In this document: piece by piece, positions 21,701-31,314 of the stretch
How the letters are laid out: the number at the start of each line of letters is the position of its first letter
Numbering within the stretch: the stretch's first letter is position 1
DNA from: Candidatus Omnitrophota bacterium
GTDB taxonomy: Bacteria > Omnitrophota > Gorgyraeia > Tantalellales > Tantalellaceae
Direction: 5' to 3'
NCBI GenBank assembly: GCA_049642065.1
Contig: JBAROK010000056.1
Coordinates: 1,072 to 65,071, forward strand
Length of the DNA stretch: 64,000 bases
Translations under genes and position numbers: made by a program
The notes under the pieces: model-generated
What the model was told of the DNA's origin: nothing
Database searches by the model: none
Seen by the model: the letters and a program-made list of their open reading frames with translations, nothing else

Positions 21701-23261
21701 AGGACAACGCGCCCTCCGACAATATTCCTTGATTGCCAGAGAGAAGGTTCATATAAGGACTCACGTAGCCCTGCTCATTGACAAATTCCGGGTTGATAGC
21801 GATATACGATATACCGTTCGCTTCAAGAATGTCGTGTAAATTTTTCGAATGAAAACCGCCTGTAACCAGAATGCTTGCTTCAGCACCGGTTTCTAGCATA
21901 TTCTGCTGCACGTTATATACAAAAGTTTCATCTCTTTTATCTGCCAGAGCGTAGAACACCGTCATATTAGAGAAGCCGTAGGATACGTATAAAGCGTCCT
22001 CTTCTAAATTGGATACTTCACCCGAGTTTGCCTTTAAGAATGCCAACACTTCGGCAATATTTACGGTTCTTTTCGCGGTTTCTAGCTCTTGCCTGTTCAA
22101 TTTCAGGTTAAACATCTTTTCAAGCAGCTGCACCTGACGGATATACCCCAGGGTTCTTCTCTCTTTTTCTGTACTGCAAAGCACTTCGCTTAACCCGTCC
22201 TCTATTTGGCTCAGTTCCGTAAAAAGGACCTCTTCGTCAATGCCCCCGTAAACAGCCAGGTATTTACTATAGGCATAAAGGTTTGGATATAAACCGGCAT
22301 CTATCCCCACCTCTTTTGCTTTTTCCATAAGGAAAATGTGAAATTCGCCCTCTGTTATCTGACCAGATTCATACAGCCCTGCGGAGCTAAGAAGCTGGAG
22401 GCGTTCGTATTTTGAAAGCCTTTCAGAAAGAATGCTTACAATTATTTGTCTTTCGTGTTCGGCTTTTTCAAAATCAATATCTCTTTCTTTAACGAGAAGA
22501 TCCGACAGCTTAACCAGATTCGGAGTTTTTTCGATAGGATAGGAATACTTCGTTGCCATCCTGAAAAGATACGGCAGATATTTTTCTAGCCGGATGTTGT
22601 TGGAGTCAAAAAGTATTTGGTTATTTAGAAACGTTTTAAGGTCGACACTAAAAGTTTCTTCTTTGACCGCGTTAAAAATAGAGGAAGCTTTAAAAAGAAA
22701 CTCATCTATCTTATCCTTGTATTCGAGAATGGTCCTGTAGACCAAGAGGTTATCTTCGTAAAGATCGGTATTCTCTATCCCTGCAAGTTGAACTTTTTCT
22801 GGATGGAATACGCGATACGATTCAGCCCCGGTGACTCTTCCGGACTTCATGTACTTATTTACTATATCCCTTTTTACGAATGGATCCTTTATGTTTTCAA
22901 GGATATCCAAATCGTAATCACCGGTAGCCCCCTCAAGATTCACAAGGCTTACATCGTATTTTTTAACTATCCAATCTATAAGACCGTACACCGCTTTTTG
23001 TGCGGCATAGTTACAATGCGCGTCTTTTATATGGAAAACTACTTTGCCGCTTTTACCATTGAACCTTGAATCTACATAACCCAGGCGTTTAGGAATAAGA
23101 ACATTCTCAACATTAATAGTTGCCGCCTCAGATGACGAAGTATATTGATAAGCTGCGTGTTTATCTTCACTGCGGGAATAGGCAATATCCACCGGTACAG
23201 TATTTGCGATAAATACCGCCAGGACTATGACAGATATTATTTTTATAAAACGTTTGTTCAT
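18777..23261 (-). CDS. Large (1494 aa) signal-anchored multidomain protein with a central GGDEF diguanylate cyclase domain. The flanking regions are unassigned.
   Basis: The N-terminal hydrophobic segment is MNKRFIKIISVIVLAVFIANTVPV. The GGDEF domain spans roughly aa 850-1015: LTGLFNKWYFEH...SILFIDIDKFKRFND...RGSDVVFRWGGEEFMVV, with the RxxD I-site and an intact GGEEF encoded near 20462-20476. The N-terminal region has an HxxDxH...Q...LVNLEG pattern vaguely ChaN/Tiki-like. The C-terminal 480 aa are unrecognised. Confidence 0.7.
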   Translation of the reverse strand: MNKRFIKIISVIVLAVFIANTVPVDIAYSRSEDKHAAYQYTSSSEAATINVENVLIPKRLGYVDSRFNGKSGKVVFHIKDAHCNYAAQKAVYGLIDWIVKKYDVSLVNLEGATGDYDLDILENIKDPFVKRDIVNKYMKSGRVTGAESYRVFHPEKVQLAGIENTDLYEDNLLVYRTILEYKDKIDEFLFKASSIFNAVKEETFSVDLKTFLNNQILFDSNNIRLEKYLPYLFRMATKYSYPIEKTPNLVKLSDLLVKERDIDFEKAEHERQIIVSILSERLSKYERLQLLSSAGLYESGQITEGEFHIFLMEKAKEVGIDAGLYPNLYAYSKYLAVYGGIDEEVLFTELSQIEDGLSEVLCSTEKERRTLGYIRQVQLLEKMFNLKLNRQELETAKRTVNIAEVLAFLKANSGEVSNLEEDALYVSYGFSNMTVFYALADKRDETFVYNVQQNMLETGAEASILVTGGFHSKNLHDILEANGISYIAINPEFVNEQGYVSPYMNLLSGNQGILSEGALSFLASTIQIKSLWSNLGIDTDFAASFLLRVNAAIDVAKSDDKEGIVVSLGDRAILLLRSMGYRPAPNVPRDYDTNREYSVISIPALMGMTDEDCMKRVYGFMDPSADLEPASGYTGNKDMADILRELFSRESNTGVDFAKGIARKRAYLRTYEGQIVEQQLRGMGDVDTFDYILDVPQGVLTCQFSCSRTFSGYMSNPSTVRGKNEKSYMCRVLRRLYRPGITPTKQKEILEGLIEEQREYASRGECGWQWVIDTDENGEIIVNDTLGYGLRSLRIFDRSKLPENIEAQNLEADADKYGSTEMVQEMLFDISPMKGDKVRIKLINSWAAQEAKYRDQLTGLFNKWYFEHKVNPRLTTMSQASILFIDIDKFKRFNDTYPEKHTFGDRVLTAVSNAILRTVRGSDVVFRWGGEEFMVVIPEATAANAKIVARNIQTNVKKLRPEGLRENDEIAVTIGVRGIEKENLGNAMEAIQEADKAMMEAKARNMRGTIIMFGEELPVQYRSRGAKAGETTTITRETITKDINDITGLYYPALMRNLQEFCIQDMVPGKSQGTGLKSIFMDLNKPEFIDKLSQIEAFGAVLFEKRERKSAEMVEFIARKQMRRLYLSFDRIRKRIYSVVGDSPATKRVKNAMEAVEHIMDLTFKYLTEEDLKDLGIIGADTKADVSTPDKAESEDMPPENGKDVGGKMLSDVLERLEVLFNREVASGFEERVMSDDDFSETASDVLDSEMYSGSSHSEQTAREKEETVRRKKNVDTMGQWLSRLMLGAARFPKETRIIAYPVYNETVFAKEVQMASELKRRMYKGDYGFSIVPLPYLVGDSSRDKAIGTLLRLVDEDENVRALIFADGKFFDQNNGDLKAKYKSRIFCIKEEGEIASETFTAVPFYIRSALALSVMDLFDKRNNLKRERRARLKDMIAAILGIITKDSDIIDAFKQAPGRLVNGMIVLKPAERVSWKGLDEKMRASEQFLHSL

Positions 23262-23408
23262 ATATGGTTAACTAACAGTTAATCTATTGTTAATTTTTGC
23301 ATTTTATTCTCTTAACGTATATAGTAGAGTAATTATTATATAGTGTGCCAATATATAAGTCAACTAACTTTTTGATGTCTTAAAATAGGTGGGTATTTGG
23401 ATAAAAAG

Positions 23409-23452
23409 AACCCCACGAAAAGAGTGTTATATCCTTTCGCGGGGCTCTTACA
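23409..23452 (-). terminator. Putative terminator downstream of PFOR.
   Basis: Imperfect hairpin gaaccccacgaaa...tttcgcggggctc immediately after the PFOR stop. Confidence 0.35.
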
Positions 23453-23470
23453 TTCCTATTATAAGGAATC

Positions 23471-26400
23471 TTAGGCTTCTATTTTTTCTGCTTCACAAGA
23501 GGCCAGTTTACGCTCAGCAAGATACTTATACAAAGCGTAATGGTCGTTTACCAGCTGCTGGGCTTTTTCCATAAGTTTCTGCGCCCTTTCTGGATTCGAC
23601 CTTTTCAGGATATTGAAGCGGTTCTCTCCTGCCATGTATTCCTCCAGTTTGATGCTCGGTTCCTTGCTGTCCAGCGACAAGGGATTCTTGCCATCAGCAC
23701 AGAGGGTCGGGTTATACCTGAATAGCGGCCAGTGACCGGAATCGACAGCCTTCTTCTGCTCATCATACCCTTTTGTCATGTTGATACCATGAGCAATACA
23801 ATGAGAGTATGCGATTATGATAGAAGGACCATCATATTCCTCTGCCTCGATAAAGGCTTTTATAGTTTGCATGGGATTGGCTCCGAGCGCTACTTTAGCC
23901 ACGTATACGTAGCCGTAACTTATGGCCATAAGCCCAAGGTCTTTCTTCCCTATCGGTTTTCCACTGGCAGCAAATTTGGCTACCGCGCCCATCGGTGTAG
24001 CTTTGGAAGCCTGCCCACCGGTATTCGAATACACTTCAGTATCAAGAACAAGAACATTTACGTTCCTACCCGAAGCTAGCACGTGATCCAGACCGCCGTA
24101 GCCGATATCGTATGCCCAGCCGTCACCACCAAGCGCCCATACGGATCTTTTGATCAGATAATCCACGACACTGACCAGGTCTTTGCACTCCGGGCATTTG
24201 CATTTTTCGAGAAGTTTTTTGGCTTCATCTACTCTTTTTCTCTGGGCTTCTATATCTATCTGTGAATCCTGTTTAGCTTCTTTTATCTCTTTGAGAAGCG
24301 TAACAAGAACTGCATCACACGAACCTTTTTCGACTATTCTGTCAACAAGTTCGCCCGCGTATTCCTTGTACTTATCCACCGTTAGTCTCATACCATAAGC
24401 GATCTCGGCATTATCCTCAAAGAGCGAATTGTTCCATGTAGGACCGCGGCCATCCGAACGAGTGGTATACGGTGTGGTCGGAAGGTTACCGCCATATATC
24501 GAGGAACAACCAGTAGCGTTCGCAATGACAGCCCTGTCCCCGAAAAGCTGCGAAAGAAGCTTAACATAACTGGTCTCACCGCAACCAGCACACGCTCCCG
24601 AAAACTCAAACAAAGGCTTTACGAACTGAATGCCGTTCATGACGGCCTTATTGTAAAGTGCCGGATCCGTCTCGGGTATCCCAAGAAAGAACCTGAAGTT
24701 CTCGTTTTCCAGCTCCCTCAACGGTTCCTGTGGGTGCATGCTTATAGCTTCCTTTGCCTTCATCGGACAGTTTTCAACACAGGCACCGCAACCCGTACAA
24801 TCTTCCGGAGCGACCTGAAGAGTATAAACATATCCATCCTTCGGTTTCGGCTTAATAGCGGAATGTTTGAACGTTTCCGGCGCGCCTTCGAGCTGTTTCT
24901 CTTCATACATCTTAGCGCGTATTACCGCATGAGGGCACACCATAGTACACTTACCGCACTGTATGCAGGTTTCCTGGTTCCATACAGGTATATTTAGGGC
25001 GATATTCCGTTTCTCATACTGGGTAGTACCGGTAGGCCACGTGCCGTCAACCGGCATCTCGGATACCTTTACTGTATCTCCTTCGGCTTTCATCAGCTTT
25101 ACAGTAGTGTTCTTGACAAAGTCTGGCGCATCGGCCGGAACTATTTGTTCCTCTTCGACCTTACCCGTAAGTTTGTCAGGAACACTGACTTCTTCTATTT
25201 TTCCGATCGCCATATCAACCGCTTTAATGTTCATTTCGACGACTTTCTCGCCCTTATTCCCATATGTCTTTTTTATGGCTTTCTTGATCGCATCCAGCGC
25301 CATTTTCTCGTCAATCACTTTGGATATCTTAAAGAAAGCCGTCTGCATGATCACGTTGATACGTTCGCCAAGGCCCACATCTCCGGCGATCTTTACAGCG
25401 TCTATAACATAGAATTTAAGTTTTTTATCAATTATCTGTTTCTGCACTCTGGGAGGTATGTTCTCCCAAATAGTATCCTTGCCATGCATAGAAGTCAGGA
25501 GAAATATCCCGCCATCGTCAAGGTTCTTCAGCATGTTGTATTTTTCAAGGAAAGAAAAATTGTGGCATGCCAGGAAATTCGCTTTAGATATAAGGTACGA
25601 GCTTCTGATGGGCTTCTTACCGAACCTAAGGTGAGAAATGGTAACTGCACCCGCTTTTTTGGAGTCGTAAACAAAATATCCTTGCGCGTTGTTCTCTGTC
25701 TCTTCCGCTATGATCTTGATCGAGTTCTTGTTAGCCCCGACCGTACCGTCTGCTCCGAGCCCATAGAACATAGCCCTGTAAGTCTCCTCGCTTTCGGTAC
25801 TGAAAGAGGGGTCATAATCAATACTGGTGTTGGTTACGTCGTCGTCTATACCGACCGTGAAATGATTCTTAGGCTTTTTCTGAGATAGGTTATCGAATAC
25901 ACCTTTTATCATAGCAGGCGTGAATTCTTTTGAACCAAGACCGTACCTTCCGCCAACTATCGTCGGATAGTCTTTGAAAGGAGCAAACCCTTCTCCCATT
26001 GCCTCTCCAACAGCAGTCCTGATATCTTCATAAAGCGGCTCCCCGAGACTGCCGGGTTCTTTGGTTCTGTCAAGAACGGCTATTTTGTTAACGGTCTTCG
26101 GGAAAGAGTTGATAAAAGTCTTGGTGTCGAACGGTCGGAAAAGACGAACCTTTAAGAGCCCAACTTTTTCTCCCTGAGCGTTCAAGTATTCTACGGTTTC
26201 ATGAACGGCTTCGCTACCCGAGCCCATTATTATGATGAGCTTGTCAGCGTCTTTAGCTCCCACATAATCAAAAAGATGATATGCTCTTCCGGTAATTTTA
26301 GCGAACTTGTCCATAGCCTTCTGTACGATAGCCGGGCACTCGTTGTAATACTTATTCACCGACTCTCTTCCCTGGAAATAAACGTCCGGGTTCTGGCTGG

Positions 26401-27052
26401 TGCCGCGAAGTACCGGGTGTTCCGGATTCATGCCTCTTTCTCTATGCAGGCGGACAAGATCATCATCTATCATCTGCCTCATGTCTTCATGAGTAAGTTC
26501 TTCTACCTTTTGTATCTCGTGCGATACGCGGAAACCTTCGAAGAAATGCAACATAGGAATACGTGATTCAAGAGTAGCTGCCTGTGAAATAAGTGCCATA
26601 TCCATAGCTTCCTGGACGCCTCCGGAAGCAAGAAAACCCCAACCGGTGCCTCTGGCTGCCATAACATCTGAATGGTCACCGAATATCGACAATGCCTGGC
26701 AGGCTATTGACCGTGCGGCAATATGAAAAACCGTAGGCACAAGCTCGCCAGCTATCTTATACATGTTAGGTATCATAAGAAGCAACCCTTGAGAAGCCGT
26801 GAACGTGGTAGTAAGAGCACCTGTGGTCAGAGCTCCATGTACTGCGCCGGATGCTCCACCTTCGGATTGCAGCTCAACAACGGTGGGGATCGTTCCCCAT
26901 ATGTTCTTCTCGCCTTTAGCCGATTTTTCGTCGGATATCTCCCCCATACCAGAAGATGGCGTTATAGGATAAATGGCTATAACCTCGTTAGTAGCATGAG
27001 CTACATGAGCTACCGCGCTATTTCCATCATGCGGGACCATATTGCGTTTCAT
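23471..27052 (-). CDS. por: Pyruvate:ferredoxin (flavodoxin) oxidoreductase, single-chain.
   Basis: 1193 aa. The N-terminus MKRNMVPHDGNSAVAHVAHATNEVIAIYPITPSS is canonical NifJ/PFOR. Two ferredoxin-like CxxCxxCxxxCP motifs and a TPP-binding GGDGW region are present. Confidence 0.9.
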   Translation of the reverse strand: MKRNMVPHDGNSAVAHVAHATNEVIAIYPITPSSGMGEISDEKSAKGEKNIWGTIPTVVELQSEGGASGAVHGALTTGALTTTFTASQGLLLMIPNMYKIAGELVPTVFHIAARSIACQALSIFGDHSDVMAARGTGWGFLASGGVQEAMDMALISQAATLESRIPMLHFFEGFRVSHEIQKVEELTHEDMRQMIDDDLVRLHRERGMNPEHPVLRGTSQNPDVYFQGRESVNKYYNECPAIVQKAMDKFAKITGRAYHLFDYVGAKDADKLIIIMGSGSEAVHETVEYLNAQGEKVGLLKVRLFRPFDTKTFINSFPKTVNKIAVLDRTKEPGSLGEPLYEDIRTAVGEAMGEGFAPFKDYPTIVGGRYGLGSKEFTPAMIKGVFDNLSQKKPKNHFTVGIDDDVTNTSIDYDPSFSTESEETYRAMFYGLGADGTVGANKNSIKIIAEETENNAQGYFVYDSKKAGAVTISHLRFGKKPIRSSYLISKANFLACHNFSFLEKYNMLKNLDDGGIFLLTSMHGKDTIWENIPPRVQKQIIDKKLKFYVIDAVKIAGDVGLGERINVIMQTAFFKISKVIDEKMALDAIKKAIKKTYGNKGEKVVEMNIKAVDMAIGKIEEVSVPDKLTGKVEEEQIVPADAPDFVKNTTVKLMKAEGDTVKVSEMPVDGTWPTGTTQYEKRNIALNIPVWNQETCIQCGKCTMVCPHAVIRAKMYEEKQLEGAPETFKHSAIKPKPKDGYVYTLQVAPEDCTGCGACVENCPMKAKEAISMHPQEPLRELENENFRFFLGIPETDPALYNKAVMNGIQFVKPLFEFSGACAGCGETSYVKLLSQLFGDRAVIANATGCSSIYGGNLPTTPYTTRSDGRGPTWNNSLFEDNAEIAYGMRLTVDKYKEYAGELVDRIVEKGSCDAVLVTLLKEIKEAKQDSQIDIEAQRKRVDEAKKLLEKCKCPECKDLVSVVDYLIKRSVWALGGDGWAYDIGYGGLDHVLASGRNVNVLVLDTEVYSNTGGQASKATPMGAVAKFAASGKPIGKKDLGLMAISYGYVYVAKVALGANPMQTIKAFIEAEEYDGPSIIIAYSHCIAHGINMTKGYDEQKKAVDSGHWPLFRYNPTLCADGKNPLSLDSKEPSIKLEEYMAGENRFNILKRSNPERAQKLMEKAQQLVNDHYALYKYLAERKLASCEAEKIEA

Positions 27053-27230
27053 TACGTAACCTCCTGATTTATTTAGCTTCTTTATTATTAAGATGTAAAT
27101 TATACCTGAGGAATAAGCTTGATTTAGCTTATAGCGGTCTTTTATTCTAGCACATGTGTCAATCGTTGTTAAGGGAATATTTGGCTAATATTTGAGATTG
27201 ATGGGTTATTAAGCGGATTATGCTAAAAAA

Positions 27231-27258
27231 ATGGCGGATCTTTTGAGGGATCCGCCAT
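27231..27258 (-). terminator. Rho-independent terminator, bidirectional.
   Basis: Hairpin atggcggatc / gatccgccat with an 8-nt loop, flanked by an A7 run and ttct. Confidence 0.55.
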
Positions 27259-27282
27259 TTCTAGTTATATCTAAAGAGTTTA

Positions 27283-28083
27283 TTACATTTCTCCGCCGGG
27301 TGCAGCTTCCTGCTGAGGAGCTGAGGTACCCTTCCCCAGGCCCATGTAGTAACTCATGAAAGCCACCATCATGATTATCGGTATATAGGACTGGACCGCA
27401 GCGTTCACTATGGCAATAAGAACCTGGCTTATGTTCGGACTTAAAGGTACTGTTACAAGTCCAATAATGAACCCTATTACCAGGGATATCACCAAGCTCA
27501 CTATAAGGAGCACCACAAAAAGACCAAGTGTCTGCCAGAAATTATCCTTCGCCTTGGCAATACCTTTTTTAAGAGCGGCAAAAGAACCAAGGTCGTCCAC
27601 AACGATAGCATAAATCGGATAGATCAAAAGCGTTATAACGATTATCGCTACAGCTGTCACTAGAGCAGCAACTATACTTCTTGTAGCGATATTGTCCCCG
27701 AGCAGCAATATCCCGGCACTTATCAAGCTAAGAACCAGTACAATAGCTATCGCTAGGAGCACATAAAGAAGCAACAAGCCAAGTATCTTAAGATAATATT
27801 TTTTGCCGTAATTCGTAAACTGGGCCATACTGCTGGCAGCGGTCTTTATCTGGTCTTTTACAAGCCCCAGAGCCCCTCCCTGCAGAAATATAAAAATCAG
27901 GAAAAAGAGGATACTCGATATAATCGATACCGTCACGATTCCCGGATTACCGGCTCTTTCCGGATTGGCCAAGGGCAGGCTGATCAGACCTATGACCACG
28001 TTAAAAATGAAGAACACCAGAACCACGTTCATAAGCTTAGTGGTCTGACTGAACCCCTTTTTTACAGCTTCAAGAACACCCAT
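27283..28083 (-). CDS. Polytopic membrane protein of unknown function.
   Basis: At least 6 hydrophobic helices. No catalytic motif recognised. Confidence 0.5.
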   Translation of the reverse strand: MGVLEAVKKGFSQTTKLMNVVLVFFIFNVVIGLISLPLANPERAGNPGIVTVSIISSILFFLIFIFLQGGALGLVKDQIKTAASSMAQFTNYGKKYYLKILGLLLLYVLLAIAIVLVLSLISAGILLLGDNIATRSIVAALVTAVAIIVITLLIYPIYAIVVDDLGSFAALKKGIAKAKDNFWQTLGLFVVLLIVSLVISLVIGFIIGLVTVPLSPNISQVLIAIVNAAVQSYIPIIMMVAFMSYYMGLGKGTSAPQQEAAPGGEM

Positions 28084-28195
28084 GTTTACCTCCTTAATTT
28101 CAAAACCCTTTATTTTGACTTAACAATATTACTAACTATAGTATAATGACAATATCACCAATGTCAAATTTAATAAGATAAGGCTACATCAAGGG

Positions 28196-28789
28196 TTATC
28201 TACGTTCCTCAAAAGCTCTCTGGAGCGTGGCAACATCCGCATATTCCAGGCTACCGCCGACAGGCACTCCCCTGGCAAGACGCGAAACCGTTATCTTGAA
28301 AGGTTTTAGTATCTCCGAGAGGTATAAAGCTGTAGTTTCGCCTTCGGTAGTAAAATCAGTCGCTATGATCACCTCTTTTACTTCGCCCTTCTTTACCCTT
28401 TGCACAAGATCATGGATCTTAAGGTCTTCTGGGCCCACCCCATCGATCGGAGATAGTTCACCAAGCAGCACATGGTACATCCCTTGGTATATTCCGCTTT
28501 TCTCCATGGATATTACGCCGCTTGGACCTTCGACCACACAGATCTTTGACGAATCGCGCGCAACATCCGAACAGATAGAACATATCTCGTCCTCACTGAG
28601 GTTATTGCAAGTCTTGCAGAACCTGACGTTTTCTTTTACTTCTCGGATATGTTTTAGAAGAGAGTCTATGTCTTCTTTGGAAGATTGTAGTATATGGAAA
28701 GTAAGCCTCTGAGCTGAATGAGCGCCTATCCCAGGCATCTTGCAGAACTCGTCGATAAGCCTTGCCATGGATTTTGGGAAACCCTTCAT
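28196..28789 (-). CDS. recR: Recombination protein RecR.
   Basis: The C4 zinc finger CKTCNNLSEDEICSICSD and a Toprim domain are present; 197 aa. Confidence 0.9.
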   Translation of the reverse strand: MKGFPKSMARLIDEFCKMPGIGAHSAQRLTFHILQSSKEDIDSLLKHIREVKENVRFCKTCNNLSEDEICSICSDVARDSSKICVVEGPSGVISMEKSGIYQGMYHVLLGELSPIDGVGPEDLKIHDLVQRVKKGEVKEVIIATDFTTEGETTALYLSEILKPFKITVSRLARGVPVGGSLEYADVATLQRAFEERR

Positions 28790-30474
28790 CTGCCCGGCTC
28801 CTCTTTGAGATCCCGTACTACGTGACCCCCAAAAACGTCCATGGCCTGCTCGACAACGGGTCCCATGACCTCTTTTTCTATTGCAGCAGCCCGTTCGGTT
28901 TTAGCGGCGTCTTGTTCTGCGGTCTCGTCCAGAAATTCAAGTAAAGTAAATTCCAAGCGGGGTGAAGCGCCCAGCACTTTATTGGCCGCTTCTTCGATAA
29001 TGTTTTTGTTGCTTTCCGTCTCGAGCGCTTCCTTATTGAAAGCGTGATCTTTACCAAAACCTATAACCACTTTTTTCTTGTTAAATTCAACTGGCTTAGC
29101 CGCACTAAGAAAAGTAAAGACCGACATTTTCTTGCTTCTTACGTAATTCAGTAAAGCTTTCCAGTTAAATTCAGGACTCATTTCGTTCTCTTCCGACATC
29201 CCGTTATTATTTATCTCTTCGGCTGTTTCTTGTATCTGCGGATTATCGCTTGCTGCTTTCGGGCGTACAGGTTTTACCGGCGCATTTACGCTCTCCGATG
29301 AAGAAGTAGAGGAAAAGTTTTTTTCAGGAGCGGACCATGTTCCCATATTATCAATCTTTTCAAGTATATCAGTTAACGCTATAGCGTTTCCCCTCTTGGT
29401 AAGCCTTACCAGAGCTATTTCTAAAGGTGCCCTGGCAAAAAACGCGCCTTTCATAAGTGTTAGACAATGCGATAGATTCTGTAAGATATAAAGTATCTCT
29501 TCTATGGAAAGCTTATCTAACTGGGCGTTAAGTTTCTCAAGCTCATCCTTCGAAAAAGCCATATCAGACGTCGGTTCTTTCGTGGTCTTGAGTATCATAA
29601 GATCCCTGTAATGCGCGATAAGGCTATTGGTTATAAAAACAGGGTCTTTGCCGTTATTCACAAGTTCGTCAAGTATAGAAATAACCCGATCCGGTTCACT
29701 GTTTATAACGGCATCCGATAGCTCGAACATCTTGTCTTTATGCACCATGCCCAAAAGTTCAATAACATCATCTGCAAGTATCTTACCTGCTGAAAAAGAC
29801 ACCATCTGGTCCAGTATGACAAGTGCGTCTCTCATGCTACCGTCGGCAGAACGCGCAATAAGAAGAGCCGCTTTTTCATCCACGTCTATTTTCTCTTTTT
29901 TCGCGATACCAATAATGCGATCAAACATCATCTTAGGAGATATGCGTTTAAAATCGAACCTCTGGCAACGTGACATGATCGTGGGCAGGACCTTATGCGG
30001 TTCTGTCGTAGCGAATATGAACTTAACGTGAGCCGGCGGTTCTTCCAGAGTCTTTAGGAGCGCGTTGAACGCTTCCTGCGTCAACATGTGGACTTCGTCA
30101 ATGATATATATCTTGTACGCGCCTTTTGACGGAGAGAACTTAACGTTCTCACGCAAAGTCCTGATCTCGTCAATGCCCCTGTTCGAAGCACCGTCTATTT
30201 CAAGAACGTCTATATTGTTGCTCTGGGATATTTCCTTGCAGGAAGAACATTCGTTGCAGGGTCTTTTATCCATCGGTTTTTCACAGTTCAATATTTTTGA
30301 CAATAGACGAGCTATGGAAGTTTTACCCACACCTCTGGGCCCACAAAAAATATAGGCGTTAGCAATCCTTCCCTGCAAGATAGAGTTCTTGAGAGTTCTG
30401 GTAACGGCTTCCTGACCGATAACATCTTCAAAGGTCTGAGGCCTGTATTTCTGGGCTAATATTTGGTAGGACAT
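28786..30474 (-). CDS. dnaX: DNA polymerase III subunit gamma/tau.
   Basis: Walker A is GPRGVGKTS. It has a zinc-binding CNECSSC motif and an AAA+ clamp-loader core. It overlaps recR by 4 nt. Confidence 0.9.
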   Translation of the reverse strand: MSYQILAQKYRPQTFEDVIGQEAVTRTLKNSILQGRIANAYIFCGPRGVGKTSIARLLSKILNCEKPMDKRPCNECSSCKEISQSNNIDVLEIDGASNRGIDEIRTLRENVKFSPSKGAYKIYIIDEVHMLTQEAFNALLKTLEEPPAHVKFIFATTEPHKVLPTIMSRCQRFDFKRISPKMMFDRIIGIAKKEKIDVDEKAALLIARSADGSMRDALVILDQMVSFSAGKILADDVIELLGMVHKDKMFELSDAVINSEPDRVISILDELVNNGKDPVFITNSLIAHYRDLMILKTTKEPTSDMAFSKDELEKLNAQLDKLSIEEILYILQNLSHCLTLMKGAFFARAPLEIALVRLTKRGNAIALTDILEKIDNMGTWSAPEKNFSSTSSSESVNAPVKPVRPKAASDNPQIQETAEEINNNGMSEENEMSPEFNWKALLNYVRSKKMSVFTFLSAAKPVEFNKKKVVIGFGKDHAFNKEALETESNKNIIEEAANKVLGASPRLEFTLLEFLDETAEQDAAKTERAAAIEKEVMGPVVEQAMDVFGGHVVRDLKEEPGR

Positions 30475-30534
30475 ATCTGATTCTTAATCCGTTTTGTTGT
30501 TCTCTTTATAACACACAGGGTGTTATAATTCAAG

Positions 30535-31314
30535 TTACCTCTTAGATTCAAAATATTCTATCATAGTCTGGCGCATCAGGTCTCCGTCGAAATACGGCCC
30601 GACCAGTTTGCCGCCGTGTCCTTTAGCGCCCCTTACGGGTCCAGGCCCGGTCCCCATAGGCGCAGGCTGAGGAGCTATGCCTCCCGAAGCCAGTATCCCG
30701 ATTATAGAACAGGCGCTTTTCCATTTATCAAAACATCTGGAAATACCCTTAGCTAACGCATGAAAAACTATTCGTGCTCCCTTATCGTCTTTTGGGGCGC
30801 GGTAAAGCATATAATTGTACAGGGCTTTTTCTGTCATCGCTTTATCGCCGGAAGACTTTCCGGATGCAATGATGACCGGTACATTATTGCTGGGCGGCAT
30901 CGTATATGTGCACGACGCTCCCTGGGGAAACGGTATGTTCATATGCATGTATCCCCTCTGCCATAGCCTCATTCCATGTTCCATGGCATCGGCAATGGCT
31001 TTTACGAAGTTCAGCTCAGTTTGGGATTTGCCAACCTTATCATAATTTTTCATTATACTCGCGGAAGTAAGAACCGGCTCGCCTATATCCCCCGGCATAA
31101 GAAGCCCCCTGGAACCTTGGACTTCCACGCCATTTATCACCACTGAATCCTGCCATTTTTTCCATGCTTTGGTTATCAGAAAAGATATCTCTTGGGCAAA
31201 ATCATTTTTGCTTTCTAGAGAAGCGAAAAGTTCCGGCTCTTCAGCGGAGGCATATACTCCTAACGAAGATATGAAGAACACAAATGATAGGACCAACACT
31301 TTGAATATTCTCAT
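30535..31314 (-). CDS. Secreted hypothetical protein.
   Basis: Signal peptide is MRIFKVLVLSFVFFISSLGVYASA. No recognisable family. It overlaps the upstream GT8 gene by 4 nt. Confidence 0.45.
   Translation of the reverse strand: MRIFKVLVLSFVFFISSLGVYASAEEPELFASLESKNDFAQEISFLITKAWKKWQDSVVINGVEVQGSRGLLMPGDIGEPVLTSASIMKNYDKVGKSQTELNFVKAIADAMEHGMRLWQRGYMHMNIPFPQGASCTYTMPPSNNVPVIIASGKSSGDKAMTEKALYNYMLYRAPKDDKGARIVFHALAKGISRCFDKWKSACSIIGILASGGIAPQPAPMGTGPGPVRGAKGHGGKLVGPYFDGDLMRQTMIEYFESKR

Noticed and set aside
25145-25888. 247-aa plus-strand ORF inside PFOR. Similar long antisense ORFs lie at 15066-15647, 19369-19887, 45195-45815, 46697-47110 and 32486-32986.
   Set aside because: All lie antisense within long, motif-supported genes, with no independent signals.
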